Origin: Narcine bancroftii
Taxonomy: Eukaryota
Length of the DNA stretch: 64,000 nt
Reading direction: 5' to 3'
NCBI RefSeq assembly: GCF_036971445.1
Contig: NC_091470.1
Span: forward strand, 181,970,001-182,034,000
The notes under the pieces were generated by a model. That model saw only the letters and a program-made list of their open reading frames with translations, searched no databases and was not told the DNA's origin. How positions within the stretch are numbered: the first letter of the stretch is position 1; every line of letters begins with the position of its first letter. Made by a program: the position numbers and the translations under genes. Positions 37,300-50,076 of this stretch are shown here, piece by piece.

Positions 37300-39858
37300 T
37301 CTTCTTTCTTTGGCTTGGCTTCGCGGATGAAGATTTATGGAGGGGGTAAATGTCCACGTCAGCTGCAGGCTCGTTTGTGGCTGACAAGTCCGATGCGGGA
37401 CAGGCAGACACGGTTGCAGCGGTTGCAGGGGAAAATTGGTTGGTTGGGGATGGGTGTTGGGTTTTTCCTCCTTTGCCTTTTGTCAGTGAGGTGGGCTCTG
37501 CGGTCTTCTTCAAAGGAGGTTGCTGCCCGCCAAACTGTGAGGCACCAAGATGCACGGTTTGAGGCGATATCAGCTCACTGGCGGTGGTCAATGTGGCAGG
37601 CACCAACAGATTTCTTTAGGCAGCCCTTGTACCTTTTCTTTGGGGCACCTCTGTCCTGGTGGCCAGTGGAGAGCTCGCCATATAACACGATCTTGGGAAG
37701 GCGATGGTCCTCCATTCTGGAGACGTGACCCACCCAGCGCAGCTGGATCATCAGCAGCGTGGACTCGATGCTGTCGACCTCTGCCATCTCGAGTACTTCG
37801 ACGTTAGGGATGAAAGCGCTCCAATGAATGTTGAGGATGGAGCAGAGACAACGCTGGTGGAAGCGTTCTAGGAGCCGTAGGTGATGCCGGTAGAGGACCC
37901 ATGATTCGGAGCCGAACAGGAGTGTGGGTATGACAACGGCTCTGTATACGCTTATCTTTGTGAGGTTTTTCAGTTGGTTGTTTTTCCAGACTCTTTTGTG
38001 TAGTCTTCCAAAGGCGCTATTTGCCTTGGCGAGTCTGTTGTCTATCTCGTTGTCGATCCTTGTATCTGATGAAATGGTGCAGCCGAGATAGGTAAACTGG
38101 TTGACCGTTTTGAGTTTTGTGTGCCCAATGGAGATGTGGGGGGGGGGCTGGTAGTCATGGTGGGGAGCTGGCTGATGGAGGACCTCAGTTTTCTTCAGGT
38201 TGACTTCCAGGCCAAACATTTTGGCAGTTTCCGCAAAACAGGACGTCAAGCGCTGAAGAGCTGGCTCTGAATGGGCAACTAAAGCGGCATCGTCTGCAAA
38301 GAGTAGTTCACGAACAAGTTTCTCTTGTGTTTTGGTGTGAGCTTGTAGGCGCCTCAGATTGAAGAGACTGCCATCCGTGCGGTACCGGATGTAAACAGCA
38401 TCTTCATTGTTGAGGTCTTTCATGGCTTGGTTCAGCATCATGCTGAAGAAGATTGAAAAGAGGGTTGGTGAGAGAACACAGCCTTGCTTCACGCCATTGT
38501 TAATGGAGAAGGGTTCAGAGAGCTCATTGCTGTATCTGACCCGACCTTGTTGGTTTTCCTGGTGCGAGAAAGTGACAAACGAGATGTGCTCCACACCAGG
38601 GTCATGCCCAGCGCGGAATGCCACACTGACCACCGGCTGGTTCGCTGCAAGCTCAACCTTCACTTCAAGCCAAAGCCCAGGAACAGTAAAGCCCCCAGAA
38701 AGAGGTTCAATGTTGGAAACCTGCAGTCAGACGAAGCGAGAGGAAACTTCCAGGCAAACCTCAAAGCAAAGCTTGACGATGCAATCCGCCTCACGGACCC
38801 GTCCCCTGAAACCCTCTGGGATCAGTTGAAGACTACCATCCTGCAATCCACTGAAGAGGTACTGGGCTTCTCCTCCAGGAAAAACAAGGACTGGTTCGAA
38901 GAAAACAGCCAGGAAATCCAGGAGCTGCTGGCAAAGAAGCGAGCTGCCCACCAGGCTCACCTTACAAAGCCGTCCTGTCCAGAGAAGAAACAAGCCTTCC
39001 GTCGCGCATGCAGCCATCTTCAGCGCAAACTCTGGGAGATCCAAAATGAGTGGTGGACTAGCCTCGCCAAGCGAACCCAGCTCAGCGCGGACATTGGCGA
39101 CTTCAGGGGTTTCTACGAGGCTCTAAAGGCTGTGTACGCCCCCTCACCCCAAGTCCAAAGCCCGCTGCACAGCTCAGACGGCAAAGTCCTCCTCAGTGAC
39201 AAGATCTCCATCCTCAACCGATGGTCAGAACACTTCCAATCTCTTTTCAGTGCCAACCGCTCAGTCCAAGATTCCGCCCTGCTCCAGCTCCCTCAACAGC
39301 CCCTAAGGCTAGAGCTGGATGAGGTCCTCACCCAGGATGAGACATATAAGGCAATCGAACAACTGAAAAGTGGCAAAGCAGCAGGTATGGATGGAATCCC
39401 CCCCAGAGGTCTGGAAGGCTGGCGGCAAAACTCTGCATGTCAAACTGCATGAGTTTTTCAAGCTTTGTTGGGACCAAGGAAAACTGCCTCAGGACCTTCG
39501 TGATGCCACCATCATCACCCTGTACAAAAACAAAGGTGAGAAATCAGACTGGGGAATCACGCTGCTCTCCATTGCAGGCAAAATCTTCGCTAGGATTCTC
39601 CTAAATAGAATAATACCTAGTGTCGCCGAGAATATTCTCCCAGAATCACAGTGCGGCTTTCGCTCAGAGGAACTACTGACATGGTCTTTGCCCTCAGACA
39701 GCTCCAAGAAAAGTGCAGAGAACAAAACAAAGGACTCTACATCACCTTTGTTGACCTCACCAAAGCCTTCGACACCGTGAGCAGGAAAGGGCTTTGGCAA
39801 ATACTAGAGCGCATCGGATGCCCCCCAAAGTTCCTCAACATGATTATCCAACTGCACG
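37300..39858 (-). mobile_element. RTE LINE with inverted 5' segment
   Basis: RT 3' part on minus (37300-38558); APE end/linker/RT start on plus (38557-39858); TSD CGTCCTTTACTAT at 37287-37299 and 39857-39869. Confidence 0.93.
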
Positions 39859-40479
39859 TCCTTTACTATAATGCTGGAGAAACTATACCAAAGGAGGTAA
39901 AACATGAAAGTCTGTAGACACCATGGGTGAAGTAAAAACACAAAGCTGGAGAAATTCAGCAGGTCAAACAGTGTCCTTTATGTAGCAAAGGTAAAAATAC
40001 ATCACCAACATTTCAGGCTTGAGCCCTTAATCAGGTTATAAGTAAAATGATGGCAGGCGAGTCTAGATGAGTATGTGGCCATAGAGCTTGAAGTCTGGGT
40101 GAGTACATAGTAGTGGGTTCTATAAAAAGGGGCAATGTCAGTTTACAGGAAGAAGATTGAAAACTTGGCTGAATGGGGCACCAACAACAACCAGAGTTGT
40201 ACGATCCAGTGATCATTGGGGGAAATCAGAGGTGAGTAAGTTAAAGTTCTTGGGAGTCACCATCTTGGAGGATCTTTCCTGCACCCAACACACTAATGTC
40301 ATTGTGAAAAAAGCACCCAGCCCATAACCGTCCATACCTCTCCCATCTATGTACCTGTCCCTGTTAAAATTAAGCCTGCATTTGCCACTTCATTCTGCAT
40401 TCCCACCACTCTCTGCAATGAAGATATTCCCCCTCACTTCCCCCACTCTCCCCACTGGCTTTTCCCCTTACATTTTCAC

Positions 40480-40850
40480 CCCTGCTCCCCCACTTCCTTC
40501 CCTTTCCTTATCCCCTTTCAACCCCCACTTCATTTTCCCCTTCCTTCTTCCCATTCCCTTCCTTCTCCAACTTCCTTCTTCCCCATTCCCCCTTTCCCTT
40601 TTCCTTCTTTCCCCTTTCCCCCTCCACCCCACTTCTCCCTTCCTTCTTCCCCCTTTTCACCTTCCCCCACTTCCCCTTCCTTTTTCCCCTTCCCCTTTCT
40701 TTCCCCTTCCCTTTACTTTCCCCCTTTTTTTCCTCCTTCCCCCTTTCATTCCCCTTCCCCTTTCTTTCCCCCTTCTTTTCCTCCTTCCCCTTTTCTTTCC
40801 CCCTTCTTTTCTCCTTCCCCTCCTCCCTTCTTTTCTCCTTCCCTTCCCCC
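40480..40850. repeat. Polypyrimidine low-complexity tract inside a minus-strand CR1 fragment (about 40320-40970)
   Basis: Almost pure C/T for about 370 bp; CR1 sequence resumes on both sides. Confidence 0.9.
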
Positions 40851-41155
40851 CGTGTCCTCTTATTTGTATCTCATCCACTCTCCGTGGAAAAAGCCTATCT
40901 ACATTTACTCTGTCTATCCCCCTAATTTTAAATACCTCAATCAAATCTCCTCTCATTCTTCCACGCTAATCTTCCTGGTACTCATCAGGACATGGACTGG
41001 TCAATTGTAATATTTTATAAGAAAGATCAATAATCTGGGCAGTGCATTCACATGGGGTTCACGTACATGCATCTGAAGCCAGGACAGTCATTTTAGCTTC
41101 AGAGAATCCAAAAAAAACAGTAATAAAATATTGTCTTTACTCGATACTGTCCTTT

Positions 41156-41171
41156 GGCTCTGAAAAGAGCC
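41156..41171 (-). terminator. Orphan histone stem-loop
   Basis: ccaaaGGCTCTTTTCAGAGCC, identical core to genes A-C; no histone ORF upstream. Confidence 0.85.
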
Positions 41172-41296
41172 TTTGGAGTTGAGCGTTTGTGGTTAGGATT
41201 TATCAATCAGACTGAAACGATTAAGAATAAAATACGATTGAAGTAAAAACGCAATGGGGAAACACAGCAGGTCACACAGTGTCCTTTATGTACATA

Positions 41297-41560
41297 CCCT
41301 CCATAATGTTTGGGAGAAAGACACTTTTTTCCATTATTTGCCCCTGTGCACCATGTTTTAAATTTGTAATCAAACAATTCACATGTAATTAAAGTACACA
41401 TTCCAGATTTTATTCAAGGTTTGGTTTGACCATGTAGAAATGACAGCATGTTTTTTACATAGTCCCCTCTTTTCAGGGCACTGTAATGTTTGGGACATTT
41501 GGCTTCACATGTTATGTTTAATTGCTTCATTGCTGCAGGTACAAGGGAGCTGGGCTTGCT
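41297..41560. mobile_element. Tc1-like terminal repeat remnant
   Basis: ccctccataatgtttggga at 41297 and the internal direct repeat taatgtttgggac at about 41484, as in IR/DR-type Tc1 ends. Confidence 0.5.
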
Positions 41561-43629
41561 TCATTTTACATTGCAGCCGCTCTGTAAAAATGTGTAGGGG
41601 GACAAGTGGAAAAATTACGGGATGGAATTTACATAATAAATTCCGCCTCAATATTTTTACACAGAAAATTGCCTGCTCTTCAGCTGCTTTGTAAAAGTGC
41701 CCGACAGCTCTGACCTGAGCCCATTTGAAGGTTCAAAAAGTTTTAGCCTTGTAGTTTGAAAACCACTGTTCCAATCGTCCCTAATTGACTCGTTATGTGC
41801 ACGGTTTCAGAACTCCAATGGGCCAATGGAAATTTTTCTCAGGAAAATTATTTCAGATTGGGTCAAGAGCAGGGATTCTCAACCTTCCCTTCCCACTCAC
41901 ATCCCTTACTAATCACAGAGCACCGATGGCATGGGGATTACTGAAAGTGGTACGTGAGTGGAATCAAAAGGATGAGAACCACTGAACTAAGAGCTCTCTG
42001 ACTGATGTGCTTTGATTTTTACTGTTGAATGCAATGGTTCTCATCCTTTTTCTTCCCACCCGCATCCCACCTTAAGCAATCCTTTACTAATCACAGAGCA
42101 CCGATGGCAGAGGGAATACTTAAAATGCGATGTGAGTGGAAATAAAAAGGTTGAGAACCATTGGTTTAATGCTTTCGCAGCTGTACAAGAATAAAATTCC
42201 AAGTTCAGTTCTCAAGACTTATGTCTTCCCAAAATGAAACTTTATTGGTAATAACTTATTTACAGAAGGAACCCTGTTCAGAGTCTGTTCCCACCCACAC
42301 TCCCACCCACATTCCCGTCACTAATATTGTTATATTCGATTCCACTTCCACCCCTTACCGCTTCTCCCGCCCACGTCTCAGCACACCCAAAATAAATACA
42401 TCTCCAGATTGAAATTATCCCAATAATCAGTCTCTGGGCCATATAAGATTTTGAGCGCATGTTAGACTGCCTCATTTGTTCGCGTAGCGAGGTTTTGAAA
42501 CTTTTTCCCCCCTCTCCGGCCAACCAGCAGACGTTCCATTTCGATTCTGGAGGTTTTCAGTTCAAGGACACCCAGTGTTCACCATATAACCATATTACCA
42601 TTTACAGCACGGAAACAGGCCATGTCGGCCCTTCAAGTCCGTACCAGTTCACTTGAACAACTCCACTAGCTCCTCCGCAAACTCCTGAGGAATCAGACAT
42701 AACTGAATAAGCAATAATGATAAACCACACAATATAGATGTTATGTGGAGGAAGACAACAACAGTATCCACTACCCTTGACCAGGTGCAGATAGAGAAAG
42801 AAACTTGTATTAATAATGTGGGAAGTTTAAAAGAAACAATATGAGCAAACATTGATTCTCCTTGAAAAAAATTGGCTTTATTACTGGTTTCCTTTTCTTT
42901 CACCTTATAATTTTTATTTTGTTGAAGCCACAGTGCCAAGGTTTTATGTCACATTCTTGACCACACAGAACAGCGGTTTTCAAACGTTTTCTTTTCATTC
43001 ACATTCCACCTTAGGTAATCACAAAATATCTATATGCCTCACATGGTATGTGAGTGGAAAGAGAAAGTTTGAAAAGCCAGTGCAGGCTCTTGTGCCAACC
43101 AATGTAAACATACTCCATAATCTAAACCAGGATGCTCAACCATTTTTCTTTCCACTCACACCCTACTTTAAGTAATCTCTATGCCATAGGTGCTCTGTGA
43201 TTAGTAAGGGGTTGCTTAAGGTGGGGTCTGGGTGAAAAATCACTGTTTAAATCATCCCTAATTGACTCGTTATGTGCCCAGTTTCAGAACTCCAAAGGAA
43301 ATGGGGCAATGACAATTTTTCTCAAGCAAAATATTTCAATAGCAATTGGGTCTAGAGCAGGGATTCTCGACCTTCCCACTTACTTATGCAAAGTGTTTAT
43401 CTGTTTTATTAGTGAATTAAAGCTACATAAATCTGCGTCTACTAAGTTTGGTTGATAATAATTTGGAATATCGTCCCCACATTTCCTTGCAGATGACATG
43501 TTTTGCAATTAGGAGATACTAGAACCTGGAAAGTGTCATCTACAGAGAGTAAAGGATAAAATGAATCCTCTTGAAGATTGGAGTGGTGGGCTATGTATGG
43601 AACTCAAAGTGTCGGGGAAGACATAAAAC

Positions 43630-44487
43630 CATATATAAAAATTACAGTATGGAAACAGGCCATCACCGCCCCTCTAGTCTGCACCGATTTAAGTGATCTC
43701 TAGTCCCACCTACCCACTCCCTGTCCATAACCCTCCAATCCCCTCACATCCATGCACTCATCCAACCATCTCTTAAATGACAAAACTGACCCTACTACAA
43801 TTACCTCCTCCAGAAGGTCATTCCACTCAGCCACCATTCTCTCATGTTACTTCTAAATCTTTGACCCCTAACCCTTAACTTATGACCCCTCATTCCAATC
43901 TCACCTACCCTCAAGGGGAAGAGCCTATTCACATCTACTCTGTCCATCCCCCTTATTTTTTAAATACCGCTATCAAATCCCCCATCAAGCTTTTACATTC
44001 CAATGAATAAAGACCCAGTCTACTCACTCTTTCTATGTATTCTAGATCCTGCAATCCAAGCAACGTTTTTGTAAATCTTTGCACCTCTCTACCTTATTGA
44101 TATCCATCCTATAATTTGGGACCAGAACTGCTCACAGTATTCCAAATTTGGCCTCACCATTACCTTGAATAGTCTCAATATCTCCTCCCAGCTCCTATAT
44201 TCTTTGCTTTGATTTATAAAGGCCTGAATACCAAAGAATCTTCTTCACCACCCTGTCTACATGAGCATCTAATTTCAAAGAACCATTATTCCAATATCTC
44301 TCTGTTCCTCTGCATTCCTCAATGCCCTCCTCTTCACTGCATATGTCCTGTTTTAATTATTCTTCCCAAAATGAAGCACCTCAGACTTATTGATATTAAA
44401 CTCCATCCGCCATCTTTCAGCCCACTCTTCTAAGCTGTCCAAATCCCTCTGCAGTCCCTGAAAACCTAGACAAATTTCTTCAAACTG
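43630..44487 (-). mobile_element. CR1-type LINE 3' fragment
   Basis: Minus translation LQRDLDSLEEWAERWRMEFNINKSEVLHFGKNN. Confidence 0.85.
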
Positions 44488-46603
44488 CCTGTCGGCTGAA
44501 CCTGACTTACAATTTGGACAAGTGTGTCTTCCGGACCACACGACTCGCGATTCTAGGTTGCGTGGTGGAGAACGGGATAGTCATGCCAGATCCTGACCGC
44601 ATGCGTCCCCTAATGGACGCTCCCCCCACCCCATACCCAGAAAGCGCTCAAATGCTCCCTGGGGCCTTTTCTCATATTACGCCAAATGGGTTCCACACTA
44701 TGCCGACAAGGCACGTCATCTTATCAAGACCACCTCCTTTCCCCTCTCGACCGAAGCCAGAGCGGCTTTCAATCGAATCAAATCCGACATCGCCACTGCG
44801 ATGCTGCACACGATCAACGAGTCTGTCCCGTTTCAAGTCAAGAGCGATGCATCCGACTTCGCCCTGGCAGCCACCTTGAACCAGGCTGGTCGGCCTGTAG
44901 CCTTCTTCTCCAAAACCCTCCAGGGTCCAGAGAGTAGACACTCCTCAATCGAGAAGGAGGCCCAGGCCATAGTTGAAGTGGTGCGTCGTTGGAGACATTA
45001 CCTCACTGGGAGGCGCTTTACACTGTTGACTGATCAACGCGCAGTCTCCTTCGTGTTCAGCAACACCCAGCGTGGTAAGATAAAAAATGACAAAATCGCC
45101 AGATGGAGAATCAAACTCTCCACCTTTAACTATGACACCCTTTACCGGCCTGGTAAGCTCAACAACCCGCCTGACGCGCTCTCCAGGGGGACGTGCGCCA
45201 GCGTACAGATGGACAGACTACAGAAACTCCATGAGGCGCTCTGTCATCCAGGGGTCTCTAGGTTTGCCCACTTTGTGAAGGCACGCAACCTACCCTACAC
45301 AGTCGAGGAGATCCGCTCCATGACCCGAGCCTGTTCGGTGTGCGCTGAATGCAAGCCCCACTTCTTCCGTCCAGATAACTCCCATGTTATCAAATCCACC
45401 CGCCCCTTCAAGCGTCTTAGCGTAGACCTTAAGGGGCCCCTACCGTTGACCAACCGTAATAACTACATCCTTACGGCCATCGACAAGTACTCCCGCTTCC
45501 CGTTCACTGTGCCCTGCCCAGACACCACTGCCACTTCAGTGATACAGTATTTTCGCCATTTTCGGGTACCCCAATTCCATCCACAGTGATAGGGAGTCCT
45601 CATTCATGAGCGCAGAGCTGCAACAGTACCTTCTGGAGTGTGGTATTGCTTCAAGCAGGACCACCAGCTATAACCCATGTGGTAACGGCCGGGTCGAAAG
45701 GGAGAATGCCACCATATGGAGAGCGGTTACACTGGCTCTCCGGTCTAAAGGTCTCCCCACCTCTCACTGGCAGGAGGTTCTCACTAGTGCCTTACACTCC
45801 ATCCGCTCCCTCCTATGTACCACAACAAATGCCACCCCCTACGAAAGGATGTTCCTTTTCCCGAGGAAATCCGAATCAGGAACCACTGTACCGGCATGGC
45901 TCACCGTCCCTGGCCCCGTCCTTTTGTGACGCCATGTCCGGCACTCAAAGAACGACCCCTTGGTCGACCGAGTGACTCTACTCCACGCGAACCTGCATTA
46001 CGCCTACGTTGAGTTCCCAGACGGGTGGGAGGACACTGTTTCGGTGCGGGACCTAGCTCAGGACGCAGTAGACCCAGCAAACCCCCCAACCCAACCTTCC
46101 CCAACTCTTTATTCCCCAGGCCCCATGCCGCAACAGAAGGACCAACAGCACCCCAACGACCTGGGCCACCCTGCCGACAACACGACTGGGGAATTGAGCG
46201 AAGGAGCGGTCACACCCGACGAGCCTGCTGGCGACCCCAATCCCAGCACCATGGCGGTCACGCCAGATGGTCAGACCCCCTGACCGCTACAGTCCTTAAC
46301 CTACCCCTTCCTTTCATTCTCTCCCTCGTTTTTTTTTCCAGGGTCGTTCTCTAAGAAGGGGTGAATGTGATAGTACAGAGCTATCACCAATGTATATAGT
46401 GTATATAATTACAGATTCTAGACTGTGCTTACAGCGATTGGCTGAGAGCTAAGCCACGCATACTGTCTGGGCCTTAAAGGGTTGTGTCCCTAGCCAGGTC
46501 GGATCATTTCGGACTGGTCGGCCACCTGTGAAGAGCTCCTGTCTTTTGCTAATAAAAGCCTTGGTTTGGATTGACAAGTCTTTGATTCTTTCGACGAGCT
46601 CTA
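44488..46603 (+). mobile_element. 5'-truncated Ty3/Gypsy LTR retrotransposon (RT end, RNase H, integrase, PPT, 3' LTR 46366-46603)
   Basis: SDASDFALAATL, SSIEKEAQAIV, LLTDQRA, HHCC zinc finger, NGRVERENATI; frameshifts and stops; PPT aagaaggggtgaa before TGTGATAG. Confidence 0.92.
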
Positions 46604-46911
46604 GAGTGAGGTCTTGCACTTTGGAAGACAAACCACGATAGGACATACACAGTTAAAAGTTATTGAGGAGTACGGTGGAACAGAGGGATCTGGAATACAT
46701 ATACAAAATTCCCTGAACGTGGTGTCACAAGAAGATAGGCACACTGCCTTGTAAATCAAAGCATCGAGAGTAGGAGTTGGGATTGATCGGTGAAGTTGTA
46801 TAAAATGATGCAACCGTATCTGGTCTCATCAGCCACAACGATGGGTTGCACTACAGAGAAGAAGTGGAAAATCTTGTGAAATGGTGCGAGAGTAACAAGC
46901 TGAGTCTCTAC

Positions 46912-47611
46912 TGTTATGAACCGCGCATAGCGAGCAGCAATAGGTAATGAATGTGTGATATACCCAAACCATTACAGTCCAGGCCAAAATCTAGAAAGTT
47001 ACTTCAAAGTTCAGCCTTTCAAACTCACCGTTGAAGTGTAGGCCTTTGAAGTGTGATGCCCAGAATTAACGTTGAACTGATGGGAAGACTGGAGTTGTGG
47101 CTACTACAGACTCACGAATTCTTCTTGCATTGCCTTTGAAGAAATGTCCATCCACACGAGCTGTGGTCACTACACTGGTCCTTCTGTAGGTGAGACTCGA
47201 ACTGGGCGGCCTCCATGGAGCTTCCAAGACCCAGGCACTGGTCTCTCCAAGTAACTTCACTGTTAGTCACAATCAAAATTAAGCATTTTGCTTCTCAAAA
47301 AGACCATCCTGGCACAGGTCAATCCACTGAAGAGTCCAGTCATCACTCTAAATTCCACAAATATGCCTGGCTGCTTCGAAGAGTATGATTTCTCCCTTTG
47401 CAAAATCACAATCTATCGAATTCTGGAACAGACTGTGACAAAGCCTTCCCTCAGTGCTTCCAATGTATCTAATTGTCACTGGGCTATGGCCTGTGTTATG
47501 ATGGTGCTTGTGTGAAATATTAATATTAACTGTGACCATTCAGTTCCTCCTGTCTATACTGTCCCTTACAGTGATAATCCCATTTTACTAAAATGGAAGC
47601 TTCTAATACAA
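46912..47611. mobile_element. Probable solo LTR inserted into a Rex-like LINE
   Basis: TGTTAT...AATACA termini; LINE sequence ctgagtctc / atgtggacaagac resumes across it. Confidence 0.5.
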
Positions 47612-48516
47612 TGTGGACAAGACAAAGGAGATGATTGTGAACTTTAGGAGGATCAGGGACCACCAGCCTCCACTACACATTAATAATACAGTAGTGAAGA
47701 CAGTAGAGAGCACCAGGTGCCTCAGAGTCCACTTTTCATCTATCCTGGATGCAGGAAGGCGCAACAACAACTGCACTTCCCGAGAAGACTGAAGTGGGCA
47801 AGGCTTCCGGCCACCATCACGTCAACCTTCTACAGGAGCTCTATCGAGAGCATCTTGTCCGGCTGCATCACAGGGTGGGCACGGTTGCTACAGAGAAATG
47901 GATTATAGGTCAATCCACAGGACCATGAAAGTGGCAAAGATTACTGTCGTCTCCCTCCCCTCCTCTCCCCACCTCTGCCCCCCACCACCACTCCTCTCAC
48001 CCTCAGCAAGGACCTCTTCCACCCTGCACACAACATCGTTCAGCTGCTCCCGTCGGGGGAAGAGGTACAGGAGGATAAGAGCCAGAACCACCAGGCCGAG
48101 GAAGAGCTTCTTCCCATGGGCAGTGAGGACACTGAACCCTCTCAGACTCCATAATCGAATTTCGGTCCACGACTCTTCACTCTGCCAGGATTTATATAAG
48201 ACAATAATTAATTGGAGCAGAAATAGGCCATTCAGCCCATCAAGCCTGTCCCACCATTGAGCCAATCCATTCTCCCAATGCCCGGCCTTCTCCCGGTAAC
48301 CTTTGATGCCCCTGGCTAATCAACAGCCAATGAATCTCTGTCTTTAATACATCCAGTGACCCAGCCTCCACAACATCCTGCGCAACACATTCCACAGACT
48401 CACCACCCTCTGGAATACACCCATTTCAGTGTAATTTAGGCTGGTAAAAGAGAATTGAACATCGAGTCCATTGCGATTTCTTCACCAGCCAGTTGTCAGA
48501 TTGTGAGTTTAGCTGC

Positions 48517-48861
48517 TTTCAGGTGGCCAGAATACCCAAATGTAAAGCTGCCTCTTCTACCCCAACGCGGATGTCAGGTGGCCACCTGAAAGCTGTGAAC
48601 CCTGCCAGGAGGAGCACTTCCCTGACCCTCCTCCTGTAGGTATAATCTCCGGCTTGGGGAATCCCCCATTGCACCTGAAAGGAGCAGCAGGACTTAAGGC
48701 CACGGTCTGCAGGGGCCGGCATTCGCTTGGACGTGGCTTCTCCTTCAGCCAGGGCGTCATGGTGGCAGGAAGGCGTCTTTCTCTGCGCCACCTGAACGTC
48801 CCAGCTGCACTCCCCTTAAGCTGCGTCTGCCGGCGCATTATCTGTGTTCGAGCACCTGAAA
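48517..48861. mobile_element. MITE with TTTCAGGTG...CACCTGAAA inverted ends
   Basis: Terminal inverted repeat, internal palindrome tcaggtggccacctga; second copy at about 35246-35565. Confidence 0.65.
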
Positions 48862-49297
48862 TCAGCTTTAGATAGTTGAGGAGATATACAATGGGAGGGG
48901 GGGGGGGGGAAGGGGAGGAGGAATTTATTTGGACTTTAATGCAGCCAACCTAGTGTGTTAATGACAGCAGGGTTAGCAAGATCTTCTTCTGCTGCACATG
49001 ACATTAGGGCCCCGGATCCTTATGGAATATAAACCTCAACTCTTCCTCTGAACGCCCAAGGTTCAATATATGCCCATGGGTCGAATTCGTCCAATGTTCC
49101 AACCGCGTAAACAGGGCGGGCGTTCCCTTCGGGGCGCCAAGGGCGACCTAATGTGGAGCCGGAAAGGCTGGCAGGGCTTGGCTGCGCCCCGAACCGCCGC
49201 TCGGGCGAGGCGTGGCGGCTGGCGGGAACAGGGCGGCAGGCGGGAACGGGCGGGCGCTCGCTCTTTCCTGCGCTCCCAGCTCGGTTTTGGGCCAGGA

Positions 49298-49350
49298 GAA
49301 AGCACAAACCCGGGTTGGGTGACTCTACCACGTCCGCGCCGCCACTATAA
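49298..49350 (+). promoter_or_regulatory. Promoter of H1-like gene D
   Basis: Variant H1 box AAGCACA (49300-49306) and TATAA at 49346-49350. Confidence 0.7.
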
Positions 49351-49414
49351 CCGCGGCCGCGGCGTCGCCGCCGGCATCATGGTGGCCCCCTGTAGTTGCG
49401 ACGAGCGGGAGCGG

Positions 49415-49999
49415 ATGGCAGAGACGGGCGCGGAGGTAACGACGGCGGCGGCCGCTTCCCCGCCGGCGGACGAGAAGAAGAAACGGCGGCCGTTTCGCCA
49501 CAAGAAGCTGGGTGGAGGTATGGCCGAGCAGATCATGAAGGCGGTGGCCTTGACCAAAGAGCGACGGGGTCTGTCGGTGGCTGCCATGAAGAAGATCCTG
49601 ACGGCCAGCGGTTACAACCTGGAGCGCCGCAACTCGCGCGTCAACCGCGCCGTGCGCACCCTGGTGAGCCGCGGCTCACTGGTGCAGACGGCCGGCTGCG
49701 GCGCCTCGGGCTCGGTCAGGCTCGGCGGCGGCCCCCTGGTGGAGCCGGCCGTGCGCCGGCGGCGAGCCCGGCGGCTGACGGCTCCGAGGAAGAGGAGGAG
49801 GACGAAGGGGCGCAGCCGGCGGAAGAAGGCGGGCACCTCGAGGAAGGCGGCCAGGCGCTGGCAAGGCAGCCGGGCGCGGCGAGCCGCGGGCCGGCGCCGC
49901 CCCGTGAAAGGTGTCGAGGAGGAGACGAAGGCGGCCTCGGACAGCGAGAAGCCGGCAAACTTGGAGCAGCAGGGAACTGCCGAGCTCGACAAGGGCTAA
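49415..49999 (+). CDS. H1-like gene D, 194 aa, protamine-like Arg-rich tail plus acidic C-terminus
   Basis: MAETGAE start; winged helix MAEQIMKAVALTKERRGLSVAAMKKILTASGYNL...LVSRGSLVQTAGCGASGSVRL; tail RRRRARRLTAPRKRRRTKGRSRRKK; hand count about 34 R and 18 K; in-frame upstream ATG at 49379 lies near the expected TSS. Confidence 0.93.
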   Translation: MAETGAEVTTAAAASPPADEKKKRRPFRHKKLGGGMAEQIMKAVALTKERRGLSVAAMKKILTASGYNLERRNSRVNRAVRTLVSRGSLVQTAGCGASGSVRLGGGPLVEPAVRRRRARRLTAPRKRRRTKGRSRRKKAGTSRKAARRWQGSRARRAAGRRRPVKGVEEETKAASDSEKPANLEQQGTAELDKG

Positions 50000-50076
50000 A
50001 CCACTTATACGATGTTAACTTAAAATGTAGCAAATTTAAAATGTAGCGAACTTGTGTCCTAAATGATTCTTGATGT

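Noticed and set aside
40349-40969. 206-aa Pro/Phe/Leu ORF and its antisense Arg/Gly/Lys ORF as a protamine-like gene
   Set aside because: Both come from a low-complexity C/T tract inside a CR1 fragment
42359-42442. MHC class I leader exon (ends ETWAG, like HLA leaders)
   Set aside because: No GT at the expected phase-1 position and no alpha1-alpha3 exons found; five residues of similarity is compatible with chance
49070-49414. Long N-terminal extensions of the H1-like ORFs (also 30101, 25854, 23626)
   Set aside because: They run through the H1 box/TATA promoter elements; GC-rich DNA stays open by chance
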